A stretch of 64,000 nt of DNA from Octopus vulgaris. Lineage: Eukaryota. Where the stretch lies: positions 97,712,001 through 97,776,000 of the forward strand of contig OX597821.1 of NCBI GenBank assembly GCA_951406725.2. The letters are read 5' to 3'. The position numbers were made by a program, and so were the translations under genes. Under the pieces are notes generated by a model. It was not told where the DNA came from. It saw nothing but the letters and a program-made list of their open reading frames with translations, and made no database searches. This document shows positions 25,385 through 38,878 of this stretch, one piece after another. Positions within the stretch are counted from its first letter, which is position 1. Every line of letters begins with the position of its first letter.

Positions 25385-25594
25385 AAAATGTGACCTCATG
25401 TGTACCGTTGGCGATTTTTTTTCCTCTGTCTTCCCTTCTCTGGATCTTTCCTTCTCCTATGTTTCCGACGAAGAGCTCCGCTTGAAACGTTAAACCCTCC
25501 TTCTTTCCTTCTTTCCTGAGCGTCCAATAATACTATATTTGTTCCACGTCCTCGCGTTGTTGTGTTTTTTTGTGTTTTCTTGTTTGGATTAACT
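25385..25594 (+). mobile_element. About 210-bp dispersed element carrying hammerhead family 2
   Basis: Homologous to reverse-oriented copies at about 14070-14229, 16640-16836 and 41490-41620. Followed by a long (TACA)n. Confidence 0.75.
25461..25495 (+). ncRNA. Putative minimal type-I hammerhead ribozyme (family 2)
   Basis: GTTT-CCGACGA-A-GAGC TCC GCTT-GAAA-CGTT-AAAC: stem I GTTT/AAAC, stem II GAGC/GCTY, palindromic AACGTT stem III. Confidence 0.5.
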
Positions 25595-25600
25595 CCATAC

Positions 25601-25602
<2 letters not shown>

Positions 25603-25631
<29 letters not shown>

Positions 25632-25862
25632 CATACCTGCATACACACATACATACATACATACATACATACATACATACATACATACATACATACATAC
25701 ATACATACATACATACATACATACATACATACATACATACATACATACATGCATACATACATACATACATACATACATACAGACATGCATGCATGCATGC
25801 ATGCATGCATACATACATACATACATACATACATACATACATACATACATACATACATACAT
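25603..25862. repeat. (TACA)n microsatellite with (TGCA) variants
   Basis: Read directly. Confidence 0.95.
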
Positions 25863-27477
25863 AAGATAGAGAGGAAAAGAGAGGGGGATTCCAACCATAC
25901 TGCCATTAAAAAAAAAATTAATATGCCCTTGGCTGGAATCTGATCATCATGGGTTTGTTCAATTTAGGTTAATTCAGGGTTAAACAACATCCAACCATTA
26001 AGTGGTTTACACGATAATGAGATGTTGTAATATTCATACTTCTTGTAAAAAGCATCAAGCTTATATAAAGGAACTGTTTCCATAGAATTAACTTAGCCAA
26101 CTTCTTTCTCCATATTCAACAATCATTCATTCACTATTTATTTACCAGGGTACTTTTCTCTCCAACTGGAGGACCCCTCTCTCAATTCCATCCAGCACTA
26201 TTTATTTGGCCTTTTGTTTTAAGGATTTTGCTTTACCAGCCCTGCAGGTTGGTAAGAGGTGCTTTTTTTACCCTTTTACTGTGGAAATCAGACATAACCA
26301 CTCAAAATTATCCTTAACTGCAGAAAGCAGTTGTATATACTAATCTAACATTTGTTGAGGAATGTCATGTTTGATACTTTTTTCTATTGAGATTTGTCAA
26401 GTTTATAGAGACAATTATGACTTTTAGGAAATACCAGTTCTATTTTCTTGTTAGATATTTAACATCATTACTGAAATAATCACAAAATTTAATCTTGCAC
26501 TTAAAGGGTTAAAATCAACAAAAATTTCCTTTGAAATTCTATTTTAATTTATGTTTCAAACACCACAAATACCATTGACTAAGGAATTACAACCGTGTTT
26601 CATGGTCTGCTACCACAACAGCTCCTTTATAAGATCCAGTAAGGCCATTAGGGTCAGTGCTTTTTAGGACCACATACTTTCAAGAAAGAATATAAGGATC
26701 ACAATATGAATAAATCATATAAGCAAACATAATAAAAAGACGTTTTCTTATTATGTCTTGCATTTAAAACCTGGACTCTTCTTCCACTAATAATTATGAA
26801 TATCAATGATTGCTGTCGGAAATGTTTGTTGAGTATGAAATCATCATGATATTGAAGTATGTATTCATCCTATATTTCTCCCTTTTCATTAGCTCCAGTT
26901 AATTCCTGGCTCCCCCACCACCATCAGGGACTGAAAATCGGGGGGGGGGTTATACATGGGTGCAGCTTATGCACCGGCAAATACTGTATATGTATACACA
27001 CTTAATTATTAAACCAGCAAAGGCATCATAAAAACTTACTTAGAGTTTCCCCCCGTTTGCAAAATGTAGGTAATAAATGCAGAGGACATGTTGGCAGAAC
27101 ATTGCTATTGCCCGACTTCCTGAGTTTCAAGCTGGTGTCATTAGACAAGCCTTTTTATGCATTGTCCTCTTGAGTTCGTGACTAAGACTGGTTGTTTTCT
27201 TTGTTGTTTTGTGTAACAGATACAGTACAGCAACCAAGTACAGTGACAAGTGGTGAGACATTGTGGGACCAGACCAATTTATATTCAATATGGTAGTGGA
27301 GGTGGGGATGAAAAGGATTTGGTAGTGTAGTGAAAGTGGGAGGGGGCAGCAACAAGACAGACAACATTGATGATGGTGATAGTGTTGGTGGAGGGAGTGG
27401 AAGAGGAGAATTGCGTAGGGAAGAGTATAGAACAGACATGTCTTAACAAAATATAAAGTTAAACAGAACACCACATT

Positions 27478-27745
27478 CATCATCATCATCATCATCATCG
27501 TTTAACATCCGCTTTCCATGCTAGCATGGGTTGGACGGTTCAACCGGGGTCTGGGAAGCCCGAAGGCTGCACCAAGCCCAGTCAGATCTGGCAGTGTTTC
27601 TACAGCTGGATGCCCTTCCTCAAGCCAACCACTCTGTGAGTGTAGTGGGTGCTTTTTACGTGCCACCGACACAGGTGCCAGACGAGGCTGGTGAACGGAC
27701 CACGCTCGGATGGTGCTTTTTATGTGCCATGGGCACGGGGGCCAC
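27478..27745 (-). mobile_element. RTE 3'-UTR fragment
   Basis: Same UTR and tail. Confidence 0.85.
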
Positions 27746-28998
27746 AAATATCTATGAAATAGCTATGAAGTCTTGCAGAAAAAAAATAATAATAATGGTG
27801 TTTATAACTACATTAATTTTTGGGTATTGTTGGAAGTTCTTGAAAATCAACTCTGGCATGACTTATTCCCTGGGAATGTTAGCTTCACTCTGCAGGTAGA
27901 AGTATAGCAGTTATATGACTTACTGAAGGTTGAGCTGTTAATACTAAAGACTTCACTGAGGATACAAATGGGCAGTGAATTTGCTATGTCTTCAGAACAC
28001 CAGATAAAATGTCTTGTGATAATTGTTCTGGTTTCAAATCCCCTCTACGTAAACTTGCCTTTCAATTTTTTCATGATCGATAAAGTAACAATCAAATATT
28101 GGTCTCTGTTTGTCTGTCCCTCTCTCACACCCACACACACTTTCTACCTTGTTCCTTCAAGGAAATGGTTAAAGTAAGAGGAGATGTGATGTGTATGAGT
28201 TACTTGGGGAGAGTGTTATTGGTTGTGAGAAAGGCTCAGAGTTTCAATTACATGTATAGACGCACCTACATTTGCATCATTATAAAATGTGTTGGAAGGA
28301 TATATGATAAAATTGTCATTGAACACAGGATGTATTGAAATATTACCTGGGATTTGAACACAGGATGAATAGGAACAATATCTGAATATTTTATCTGAAT
28401 TTCTACCTATTCTATCATTCACCTGTTTTTGTTTTTTTTAATTGAATTTCAAACTTGGAGAAATGGTAAAAACTCAGTATATTTACTACTTTGTTTTAAC
28501 TTGATACCAAGACATTGTATTCTTGAAGGATGAGAGAAAAGTAAAGGTTTTGTTGTGTCGTTCATTCCTTTCCCAAAAAGAATTTGCAGTGTAAAGGATA
28601 TGAAATTAAATTACATGCAATCTGAAGCATGCAACAATTATCACCACCAATTAATGTCTAAAATAATGACTTAATGATCCTGTTTCGTTTTCCCTTACCA
28701 TGCCCGTCATCACTAACGTGCAAGTAATTAAAGTTTCGAACATGTTTATGTTGCTGTGGTCATCTTGTTTCCTAGAGATGTCTTTGGGATTAGTAGGAAG
28801 GGGATAAATTTTATTACAAATCAATGTTGATGGAGAGGTAGACAAGTTGAGGCTGGGAGCAACAGAAGCAGTGGTGGTGGTAGCGGCAGCGGTGGTCATA
28901 GTGATGTTGATCATGGTTGTCTTGGTGATGCTGTTGGCAGTGTTGGTGTTGGTGGTGGAAGGAGTAATGATGATGATGATGCTTAATTCAGGAACTTA

Positions 28999-29519
28999 GG
29001 CGTGGCTGTATGGGTAAGAAGTTTGCTTTCCAACTATATGGTCTTGGGTTCAGTCTTCCACTGTAGCCCCCAGGCCAACCAAAGCTTCGTGAGTAGCTTC
29101 GGTAGATGGAAAGTGAATGAAACCCATCATGCTGAAGTGTGTTTGTGTGTGTATGTGTGTATGCATGTATGCATAGCTATGTGTGTTTGTCATTGTGTTT
29201 GTCTTTGTCCTCCCCCCCACGACCACCACCACTTGATAGCTAGTGTTAGTTTGTTTATGTCTTGTGGTTCGGCAAAAGAGTCTAATAGAGTAAGTGCTAG
29301 GCTTAAAAAATAAGTACTGGGGTCAATTTATTATTCAACTAATCAACAGGTGCAGGAGTGGCTGTGTGGTAAGTAGCTTGCTTACCAACCACATGGTCCC
29401 GGGTTCAGTCCCACTGCGTGGCACTTTGGGCAAGTACCTTCTACTATAGCCTCAGGCCGACCAAAGCCTTGTGAGTGGATTTGGTAGATGGAAACTGAAA
29501 GAAGCTTGTCGTATATATG

Positions 29520-29550
<31 letters not shown>

Positions 29551-29822
29551 TTGTTTGTCCCCCCTAACATTGCTTGACAACCGATGCTGATGTGTTTATG
29601 TCCCCGTTACTTAGCGGTTCGGCAAAAGAGACCGATAGAATAAGTACTGGGCTTACAAAGAATAAATCCCGGGGTTGAGTTGCTCGATTAAAGGCGGTGC
29701 TCCAGCATGGCCACAGTCAAATGACTGAAACAAGTAAAAGAGTAAAAGAGTAAAGAGTAATCTCTTCAAGGTAATACCCCCAGCATGGCTTCAGTCCATT
29801 GACTGAAATAAGTAAAAGATAG
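28999..29822 (+). mobile_element. Young SINE-A (29349-29760) nested in an older SINE-A
   Basis: The old copy is interrupted at ...caactaatc and resumes taatctcttcaaggtaatacccccagcatggc after the young tail. Confidence 0.85.
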
Positions 29823-29995
29823 GGAGAAAAACCAAATATTTTAATGTTAATGGGCAACAGAAAATATTCTTAAACAGAAGATGCAGGAATCAATGTGGAT
29901 CATTTATTTTCTTTCTCTCTTTTGTTTTCTCTGTTTTTACATTCCATTTTTATTTGTTTTCTATTTCCTCATATTTTTGCTTTCTTTTTTTGCAG

Positions 29996-30214
29996 ATCCG
30001 CAAACGAGAAGAGTTATTTGATCTTCAAAAGAAATTGGAACAACAACTACAGAAAGAAGAAGATGAACTCCTGAAATCATTCCAAGAACAAGGAAAACAG
30101 GAAAATGAAAAACTGACTCAACAAATCGAGGAGGAATGGGAAACTAAGCTGCATGAATTGACCAAAAAATACTCTTATAAAAAAAAGAAGAAAGTAGAAG
30201 ATGGTGAAATAAAG
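29996..30214 (+). CDS. Hil: Hillarin-like gene, exon 3 (coiled coil)
   Basis: Long pyrimidine tract with tgcag|, donor AAG|gtcggt, phase 0/0. IRKREELFDLQKKLEQQLQKEEDELL is E/K/Q-rich with heptad character. Confidence 0.85.
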
Positions 30215-30409
30215 GTCGGTTTCTAGTTAACCAAACATTGTCTTTAAGATTAGCTTTTGATCAAATAAATGTGGTGGTGGTGGTGGTAGTGGGGGAGGAG
30301 CAGGGTGGTAGGTATCAGCAGTATTGTGAAATTTTCTAGATACAGCTATATACTGTGTAAAGTCATTCATTCAACTCATCCACAGAGGCAAAGTGGCTGA
30401 ATTCCTTCC

Positions 30410-31068
30410 GAGTGTTGGGCCTCACAGGTAATGACTGAGACCCTTGCCTTTATGTCGTGCATGAGATGACCCATCAAGCCGAGCAGAATTGCAGTCACGG
30501 CAGATACTGGTATCACACAAATGGCATCCGTGCTGGTGGTACGTAAAAGCACCCATTACACTCTCAGAGTGGTTGGCATTAGGAAGGGCATCCAACTGTA
30601 GAAAACCATGCCAAATTAGACTGAAGTCTGGTGCAGCCTTCCAGGTTGCCAGTCCTGGTCAAACCGTCCAACCTATGCCAGCATGCACAATGGACATTAA
30701 GTGACAAGCACCATCCGAACGTGGCCGATGCCAGCGTCGCCTTGACTGGCTTCTGTGCTGGTGGCATGTAAAAAGCACCATCTGAACGTGGCCAATGCCA
30801 GCACCACCTTGACTGGCTTCCGTGCCGGTGGCACGTAAAATGCACCAACTGATCGTGGCCACTGCCAGACTTCCCTGGCACCAGTGCCAGTGGCACGTAA
30901 AAAGCACCCACTACACTCACGGAGTGGTTGGCGTTAGGAGGGGCATACAGCTGTAGAAACACTGCCAGATCAGACTGGAGCCTGGTGCAGCCTCCTAGCT
31001 TCCCAGACCCCGGTCAAACCGTGCTAGCGCGGAAAACGGAGGTTAAACGATGATGATGATGATGATGA
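30410..31068 (+). mobile_element. Two tandem RTE 3' ends: short-UTR variant at about 30410-30700, repeat-bearing variant at about 30705-31068
   Basis: Both contain ...acgtaaaa(a)gcaccca(t/c)tacactc...ggttggc(a/g)ttagga.gggcat. The second ends in (GAT)n. Confidence 0.8.
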
Positions 31069-31084
31069 TATATATATACACACA

Positions 31085-31412
31085 AAGGTGTCCCCAAAAG
31101 AAACCAGAATTTGGCAATATCATTTTATTCACTTAATTTTACATGTTTACACTTTTATCACCTTCAAAGTATTCTCCATTTGATGTAATGCATTGGTCTA
31201 AACGTTTTTACCACTGTTCGAAGCAGTCATGGAACTCTTGCGAAGTGATGCCTTTTAATGCTTCCATTGTTTTTTCTTCACCTTTTCCACATCTGCAAAA
31301 CGTTTTCCTTTAAGGACTTTTTCATTCAGGTGAACAAAAAAAAGTCGTAGGGAGCAAGATCGGCTGAGTAGGAAGGGTGGGTAAGCAGGGTCATGCCATT
31401 TTTGGCCAAAAG
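31085..31412 (-). mobile_element. Mariner transposase 3' fragment
   Basis: The - strand reads PYSADLAPYDFF...LKGKRFADVE...RLDQCITSNGEYFEGD. Confidence 0.75.
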
Positions 31413-31934
31413 GGAAATTGATAGAAGCCCACTGCATACGCGCACACACACACACACACTTACATATATGCGTGTATATGTGTTTGTGTATATATCTTTA
31501 TCTTGACATCATGTAGCAGTTGTAATTGAGCATCACCTTCATACAAGCAACATTGTTTGATCCCAGTCATCCCTAAGAAAAAAAAAAACGACTGGTCATG
31601 TGGAAGTATTAGCTTGCATGGAACAGGTAAGGATTGGTGACAGGAAGGGTATCCAGCCATCAAAAATCTACCTCAGCAAATTCTGAGCCATGCAAGCATG
31701 GAAAAAAAGGCCTTTGATAAAGATGTATATATTGTGTCTAAAATTCCTTGAGTCAGAAAAAACAGATAATCATATATTAGTTAATTGAGTAGCTTTATTG
31801 TTAATAAAATACAATATTATAATCTCATCTTTGCTGCTTTACTTATTGGTTTCATACCTGGAATTAGGATTAACTCCAGCAATTGTTAGAAAAGGTTGAA
31901 AGGGGTGATTGGAGAATATAGTAGTGTACTTAGT

Positions 31935-32392
31935 AATGGTTTCAAATTTTGGCACAAGGCCAGCAAGTTCAAGGGAGGAGGTCAGTTGATTACATCAACC
32001 CCAGTGCTCAACTGGTACTTGTTTTGGCAACCTCAAAAGGATAAAAGGCAAAGTCACCTTGGTGGAATTTGAACTCAGAATGTAAAGTGGGACAAAATGT
32101 TGCTAAGGCATTTTGCCCAGTGTGCTAATGATTCTGCCAGCTCGCAGCCTTAATAGTGTACTTGATAACAGTAACAACAGTAATTATCCTTTTGACTATA
32201 GGCGCAAGGCCTGAAATTTTAGGGGAGGGTGCTAGTCAATTACATTGACCCCAGCATACAGCTGGCACTTATTTGATCAACCCTGAAAAGTCGATCTTGG
32301 TGGAATTTGAGCTCAGAACATGAAGTTGGACGAAATGTCGCTAAGCATTTTGTCTGGTGTGCTAATGATTTTGCCTGCTTGTCACCTTAATA
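31935..32392 (-). mobile_element. Two older SINE-B-related copies in tandem with a different 3' tail
   Basis: ggaatttgaactcagaa...gctaatgattctgccagctcgc pattern occurs twice. Confidence 0.75.
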
Positions 32393-32580
32393 ACAACATT
32401 AATAATGTATGTATGTATATACAGGTTGATTTAAAAGTTCTTTTAGCATTTTAAAAGCATTTACTATCTAAATGGTAAAGGTGCTTTGAAATCACATTGT
32501 ATACACTGTATGTGAATTTTTATGTATGGATGTGTGAACACCTATATGTGTGTGTATATCTATGACATATTTATATATAC

Positions 32581-32765
32581 GGCACATAAAAAGCACCCAC
32601 TACACTCTCGGAATGGTTGGCATTAGTAAGGGCATCCAGCTCTAGAAACACTGCCAGATCAAATTGGAGTCTGGTGCAGCCTCCAGGCTTGCCAGTCCCC
32701 AGTCAAACCATCAAACCCATGCCAGCATGGAAAACGGACATTAAACGATGATGATGATGATGATA
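32581..32765 (+). mobile_element. RTE 3'-UTR fragment
   Basis: ggcacataaaaagcacccac...ttaaacgatgatgatg. Confidence 0.8.
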
Positions 32766-33212
32766 TATATATAGAGAGAGAGAGAGCTATCTACACACAC
32801 ACACACACACACACTATATATATATATATATATCAATAACATATTTATGTGTGCTTGTGTGTGTATCATATAAACATATATACATATGCACACACACAAA
32901 CATAGATATATGAATATATATATTATTGATATGTATGTATATATAGGTATGGTTATTGCTGCAGGCATGGCTGTATGATTAACAGTTTGTTTCACCATCA
33001 CATTACTTTGAGTTCAACCCCTTCTGTTCCACTGCATGGTACCTTGTAAAAGATAATTGCACACACCTATAAAAGAATTACCTTTGTAAGATTTGAACTT
33101 TGAACATCAATGTTATCAACTAAATACTGCAAGGCACTTTGTCCAGCTTGCTACTGTTTCCTTTTAGCACTAATTATTTCATGATTGACAAATCTTTAAT
33201 GCTATTTCACAG

Positions 33213-33449
33213 GCAATGACTATTCAATTTGAAAACCAGAAGAAAGACCTGGCAAAAACAATGACTTTAAAACGAGAGAGGAAGAAGCAGCATTTGACTA
33301 TACGACTACGAGAGATTGCACAGGAGCAAACATCTACAATGGTGAAGAGGCAGAGTGCTCAAATGTTGAAACTTTTCTCAGAAATGAAGAGTGAGTTGTG
33401 TACAGAACTTAAAAGTGAGTTGCTCAAAGGGAAAACAGAACAAGTAAAT
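33213..33449 (+). CDS. Hil: Hillarin-like gene, exon 4 (coiled coil)
   Basis: tttcacag| acceptor, AAT|gtaagt donor (alternative in-frame donor after 33443), phase 0/0. AMTIQFENQKKDLAKTMTLKRERKK... Confidence 0.85.
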
Positions 33450-33870
33450 GTAAGTAAATTATGCTCATGCAAGTTATACTGCATCACATCTACACTAAAG
33501 AGCATAATTTGCCATGTCACTTAATGTGGACAGACAAGTGTTATTGATCAAGATCTTTCTACAGGCTACTGAAAATTTTCTAAGTCAAAATCACAATCTT
33601 GTAATGAGTGAGCAGAAAATACCTAAAAATGTGTTTGTTTATTCAACTGCTTATAGTGTCTTTACTTATGGCCAGATTATTGTGAAAATGGGCTGAATTA
33701 CAAAAGAGACTTAATTAGTTTTTAATGTTAATTGGTCATTTGTGTTAAATTTATAATTGTTAATAAATCATTTATCAACTTCAAAATAGAAACACTCAAA
33801 AGAAAGATGAGGAAAAGAAGGAGGTTGGTAATGGATTAAATGTAATTTCTAATTGACATAAATATATATA

Positions 33871-34260
33871 GGTGCAGGAGTGGCTGTGTGGTAAGTAGCT
33901 TGTTTACCAACCACATGGTTCCGGGTTCAGTCCCACTGCGTGGCACCTTGGGCAAGTGTCTTCTACTATAGCCTTGGGCTGACCAAAGCCTTGTGAGTGG
34001 ATTTGGTAGACGGAAACTGAAAGAAGCTCGTCGTATATATATATATGCGCGTGTGTGTTTGTGTTTGTCCCCCTAGCATTGCTTGACAACCAATGCTGGT
34101 GTGTTTATGTCCCCATTACTGAGCGGTTCGGCAAAAGAGACCGATAGAATAAGTACTGGGCTTACAAAAGAATAAGTCCCAGGGTCGAGTTGCTCGATTA
34201 AAGGCGGTGCTCCAGCATGGCCACAGTCAAATGACTGAAACAAGTAAAAGCGTAAAAGAG
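33871..34260 (+). mobile_element. SINE family A
   Basis: Full-length match. Confidence 0.9.
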
Positions 34261-34715
34261 TATACAAACATCAAAAGAAAAAAAAAATGTTTACCCCTGC
34301 TATTTTGCAGCTTATTCATTATGAAATTTACAAGTAACTCCTAATTAAGTTTCTTTTAATCAGAAACAACATATATTAGTTTCATCAAGACAAGTAGGAC
34401 AAAGCTGTCTGCACCTTTTTGTTCTGCATATAAACTGGTTGCATGATTGTATCAATTAAAAGTCAATGGAAACTGTTGCAAAAATACTCAAGGTTTCACA
34501 TAAAGTCCTAAAGGTATTCCTCGGCCATTAACATGTGCCAAAGTTCAGTGTCTGACTATTCTTCAGTCAATATTTTATCTGAATCATTTGATAAAACATC
34601 AGATGGATCGAAGTCAGAGAGATCGCCTGTATTCATGGAAGAAATGAATACATTGTTCTGGTTATCATCTCTAGTGCCTTATCTGCCATTAATTCACTGA
34701 TTAAATTATCAAATA

Positions 34716-35020
34716 CTAGCAGTATCGCCCGGCGTTGCTCGGGTTTGTAAGGGAAATAACTATATAAGCATTTTAGAGAGTTACTTCCCTTATATAACCC
34801 GAGCAAAAATCATTAAAAATGCTGAAAAATGATGGTAATTTTTTTTTAAATCATAGACTCATCGTAGACGCGCGCTAATACTCAGAAGGGCTTGATATGA
34901 ATGACGACTATAAGATACCCGCTTTTGGTTAAACTGCACCGCAAAATGTGGGAATAGTTAGGAATCTAAATCAGAGGAGACAGAGTCTCACACACACAAC
35001 TTCAATTTTATATATAAAGA
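34716..35020 (-). mobile_element. Non-autonomous Helitron, same family
   Basis: Reverse complement of 47805-48110 with the same ends. Confidence 0.85.
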
Positions 35021-35965
35021 TATTGTCATTCAAAGAATGATTAACAACTATTTTCCAAAGAAAACGTTTGAGAAAATTTCTGGAAAAACATCCAAAAAAT
35101 TCAAATCCATGTGGATCAGTATAAATAATACATTACAGAATGTAAATAAATGGATGAAAGTTTTCATTTTTAGAGTAGAGAGTTCCTAAGTTCCTTTAAC
35201 CTTTTAGTATTCAAATTACTCTATCAAATGTAATACTTATTTATTCACATTGTTTTGAATTAATTATGATTTATCTTATTTTGAGATTTTGACAAAATGG
35301 TTATTTATTTTTAGAATGATGTAGGATAGGTGTGAGAAGCCAGATCTGGTCATTTTAAACATAAGACAGGTTGAATATTTGGGCCAGATAAGGCTAGTTT
35401 GCATACTAAAAGGGTAAGAATGAATGTAAAAAAGGTGGTAGAAATAGTATGGCTTCACGTGATGTAGAACTAATAGACCAATATCATGCTATGTGGATTT
35501 GTGTGATACATGATGTTAAGAGTTAATATTTAGAATGTGCAATTCATAAGAGAACAAACACTGATATTATTATTAATTAGAGGCTTCTCTATAAAAAAAA
35601 TGTTTTGAGTTAGTTTCTTGATAAGCATACTGATTATAATTCTTTTTTTTTTTTGTTCACATCCTAGAAAATTCAATTTAAATTTAATTGAGCATATAAG
35701 TCTTCAATTTTAATTTACATACTAAAATAACCGGGGAAGTAATAGGAGGCTGAATTAAATTCTAGTGGAGTATCAGGTAAAAATAGATGAATTCTTGAAA
35801 ATTTGTTTTCCAGATTGGATACATAATCAAGCGAAGATAATTCATTTAAAATATTTGCAAGGAGGGTATGTTTTAAAATGTATAGACGCCTGCCCCTTCT
35901 TTCCTATTTTAACCCTTCAACATACAAAAACTGTAAATTGATCTCTCTATCCAATTTCTTTACAG

Positions 35966-36157
35966 GTTTCAGATGCTGATATTTCTAACATGGAATTAGA
36001 CAAGGAAGATTCAGAAAGAATTGACCAAGTAATTAATGAATTTGTCAAGCTTCCTGTTTCTTCTGAACCTCCATCACCTCATCCTCCAAGTTCTCGGAAG
36101 AGTGAAATTTACACCGATCCCTCTGTCTTTAGGGATCTTGATGATCATGTCATTAAG
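35966..36157 (+). CDS. Hil: Hillarin-like gene, exon 5 (Pro-rich linker into the transglutaminase-like region)
   Basis: ttctttacag| acceptor, AAG|gtaggg donor, phase 0/0. ...EPPSPHPPSSRKSEIYTDPSVFRDLDDHVIK. Confidence 0.85.
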
Positions 36158-36728
36158 GTAGGGATTCAATATTATTTAATAGTACTTCATTGATGAGATA
36201 TATCACATGTTTATATATAGCTTATTTTATATCATATATTGAGATTCAGGAGCAAGTAATATTATATACTAATAAAAACATGCTGGTATATCACATACTA
36301 ATGCATATGTTAACAATTTATCACATACTCATGTATCATATACTGATACATCCCATCCTGATATATATATATCTCATAAATATACTACACTGTAACATAC
36401 CACATAATGTATAACATATTTATCTTGCACATAGTTAATTACAATATAGTAATATATTACACACACACATGCACACACACACATATATATAATAATAATA
36501 ATAATATTAGGGAATATAACTCCAAACTTACAGGGAAAAATTCAATTTAGTATTAAATCAAATTTCACAATATAAATATATAAAATATAAATTAGAGATA
36601 AAACCACTATTATGTTGAGATCTAGTTATATGTTTTATAAAAATATATAATATTTGTTATTTATGTTTTGGTTTATGTCTATCACTGTTTGAGTTGCATA
36701 ATAGTGGTTTTATCTCTAATTTATATTT

Positions 36729-36768
<40 letters not shown>

Positions 36769-37254
36769 ACTAATATGTCTTGTAATATCTAACATACTAA
36801 TGTATCACGCCAATATATTGCACACTAATATATGTATATATGTATAAACTAATATATTTCCAAACATAATGTAAAATAATAATATATTACATATTGGTAG
36901 ATCATATGCAAACATATATTATGTTAATGTGTAATATCCCAATGCACAAGATTAACTATATCACATTAGTATAACATATTATTATATCATTCTCACATCT
37001 CAAAACCTTATTTTACTTTAGTAAGATAAAAGTATGAAAAATATTGTATTGGTAAAAATTTAACATAAAAATGTTATAAGGTGTAAAAAATATCAGAAAT
37101 CCCTATAAGTTGGAAATAATTTCATGATTGAATATTAATATAACATTACAGTAAGTTATAAATAATGAAGAGATTAAAATAGAATGAAGATATTTAAAAG
37201 GATTACAAAGTAAAATTTCTAAAATATGGCAGAATTTTTATTTGATAACTATTT

Positions 37255-37513
37255 CCATGCTGGTGGCACGTAAAAAGCACCATCCGATTGTGGCCGTTTG
37301 CCAGCCTCGTCTGGCACCTGTGCCAGTGGCATGTAAAAAGTACCCACTACACTCACGGAGTGGTTGGCATTAAGAAGGGCATCCAGCTGTAGAAACACTG
37401 CCAGATAAGACCGGAGCCTGGTGCAGCCTTCTGGCTTCCCAGACCCCAGTTGAACCTTCCAACCCATGCTAGCATGGAAAATGGACGTTAAATGATGATG
37501 ATGATGATGATGA
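37255..37513 (+). mobile_element. RTE 3'-UTR fragment
   Basis: Same UTR with (GAT)n tail. Confidence 0.85.
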
Positions 37514-38795
37514 ACTGATATAAATGTTGGTTGGGTGATTTCTCCAGTCATGTTTTGCATCTCGGAGAGAGGTCAGAAAGAGAGAGAGAGAGAGAGAAAG
37601 AGAGATGCAGAGAGAACTAACATAAGAAATTCAGGATGAGAGCACATACTATGTTTGGTAGCAAGCAATGAATAAAGGAACATAGCACACACAAAGTGAG
37701 AAAGAATTAGGGAGGCAGAGGAGGAGGAGGAGAAAGAATAAATGACGAAGTTGTAAAAATTTTTCTTTTGCAAATTAGTACATATTTCATCATTTTGTAT
37801 AAACAACAAGAAATTTGATAAAAAGTTAAACTATAATTATGGTATGTAGGACATATTTTTTTATATTACCCATACTAGCAAATGTATACTTTCATAGTTA
37901 CCTGTCAAATGACAGGCAACTTTCTAGTATCAAACCGACTATCAGCTGTTGTTTTACACCACTTGTCACAATGCGCTTCTTTGTACTGTTGTAGCTTTTA
38001 AATAACACCACTCCAATGGCTAGGTGGGCAGTTCAACATTTCTTCTGAAAGAAGCACCAGTCCATTGCAGAATTAACCATTTACAGCTGAGTGGTTTGGA
38101 GCAACATGAAATGACATGTTTTGATCTTCAACACAAACTATGAATTTGCAATCAAGAGTGCAAATATCTAACCCCTTGGCCATGAATCTTTTACCTCTAG
38201 TATTTATAGTAAGACAAAAACCTAAAATAAAATCTTTATAATTCAACACCAGCAGTAACAAATATTTTAAATCCATTTTCTATTCCAAAGCTCTGTTAGC
38301 CTTGTGGGTCCATGATAAGCTTCGTAATTAATCATACTCATCAGTGTTCACTTTTGAGGCAGAGTTTTATGCCCAGGTCCCCATCCTGGTGCCAACTCTG
38401 TTAGTTGCCTCTTACGACACAAGGATATATTGTGCCCATTCTAAAACTGGAGTACATACAGTCAAGGGATACACATAGTGAAAAAATGTTAAGATGTGTA
38501 AAATATTTTATAATACACTAGAAATTTTGTATCAAATTAAACATAGATGTAATACAATAAAAATGCTATGAAACTAGAAAATGTATAACACGTTAAAAGG
38601 CTACAAACAGGTATAATACAAATTTATTATAAGCTAATCATGTTATATTATGGCACAAAAAATCATATGAAACTAAAATATTTTCAAGTGTAAATACTTC
38701 TGCAAAAATATTGGTATAAGAACATTTAATGATAAAAAAACATCAATTGCAATAACAATAAAATGAAAAGTTCATTATTGATTTATATTTTATAG

Positions 38796-38878
38796 ATATC
38801 TGAAACTAACCAAGGTACCTACACTGACCTCATCAGGTTGCTTACTGAACAACTTCAATCTGATTTGGAGAAAGCAAG
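38796..38878 (+). CDS. Hil: Hillarin-like gene, exon 6 (83 bp, not in ORF track)
   Basis: ttttatag|ATA...GCA AG|gtaat. Encodes ISETNQGTYTDLIRLLTEQLQSDLEKA(R). Phase 0 in and phase 2 out bridge exons 5 and 7 exactly and give the family motif EKARAIYRWI. Confidence 0.9.
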
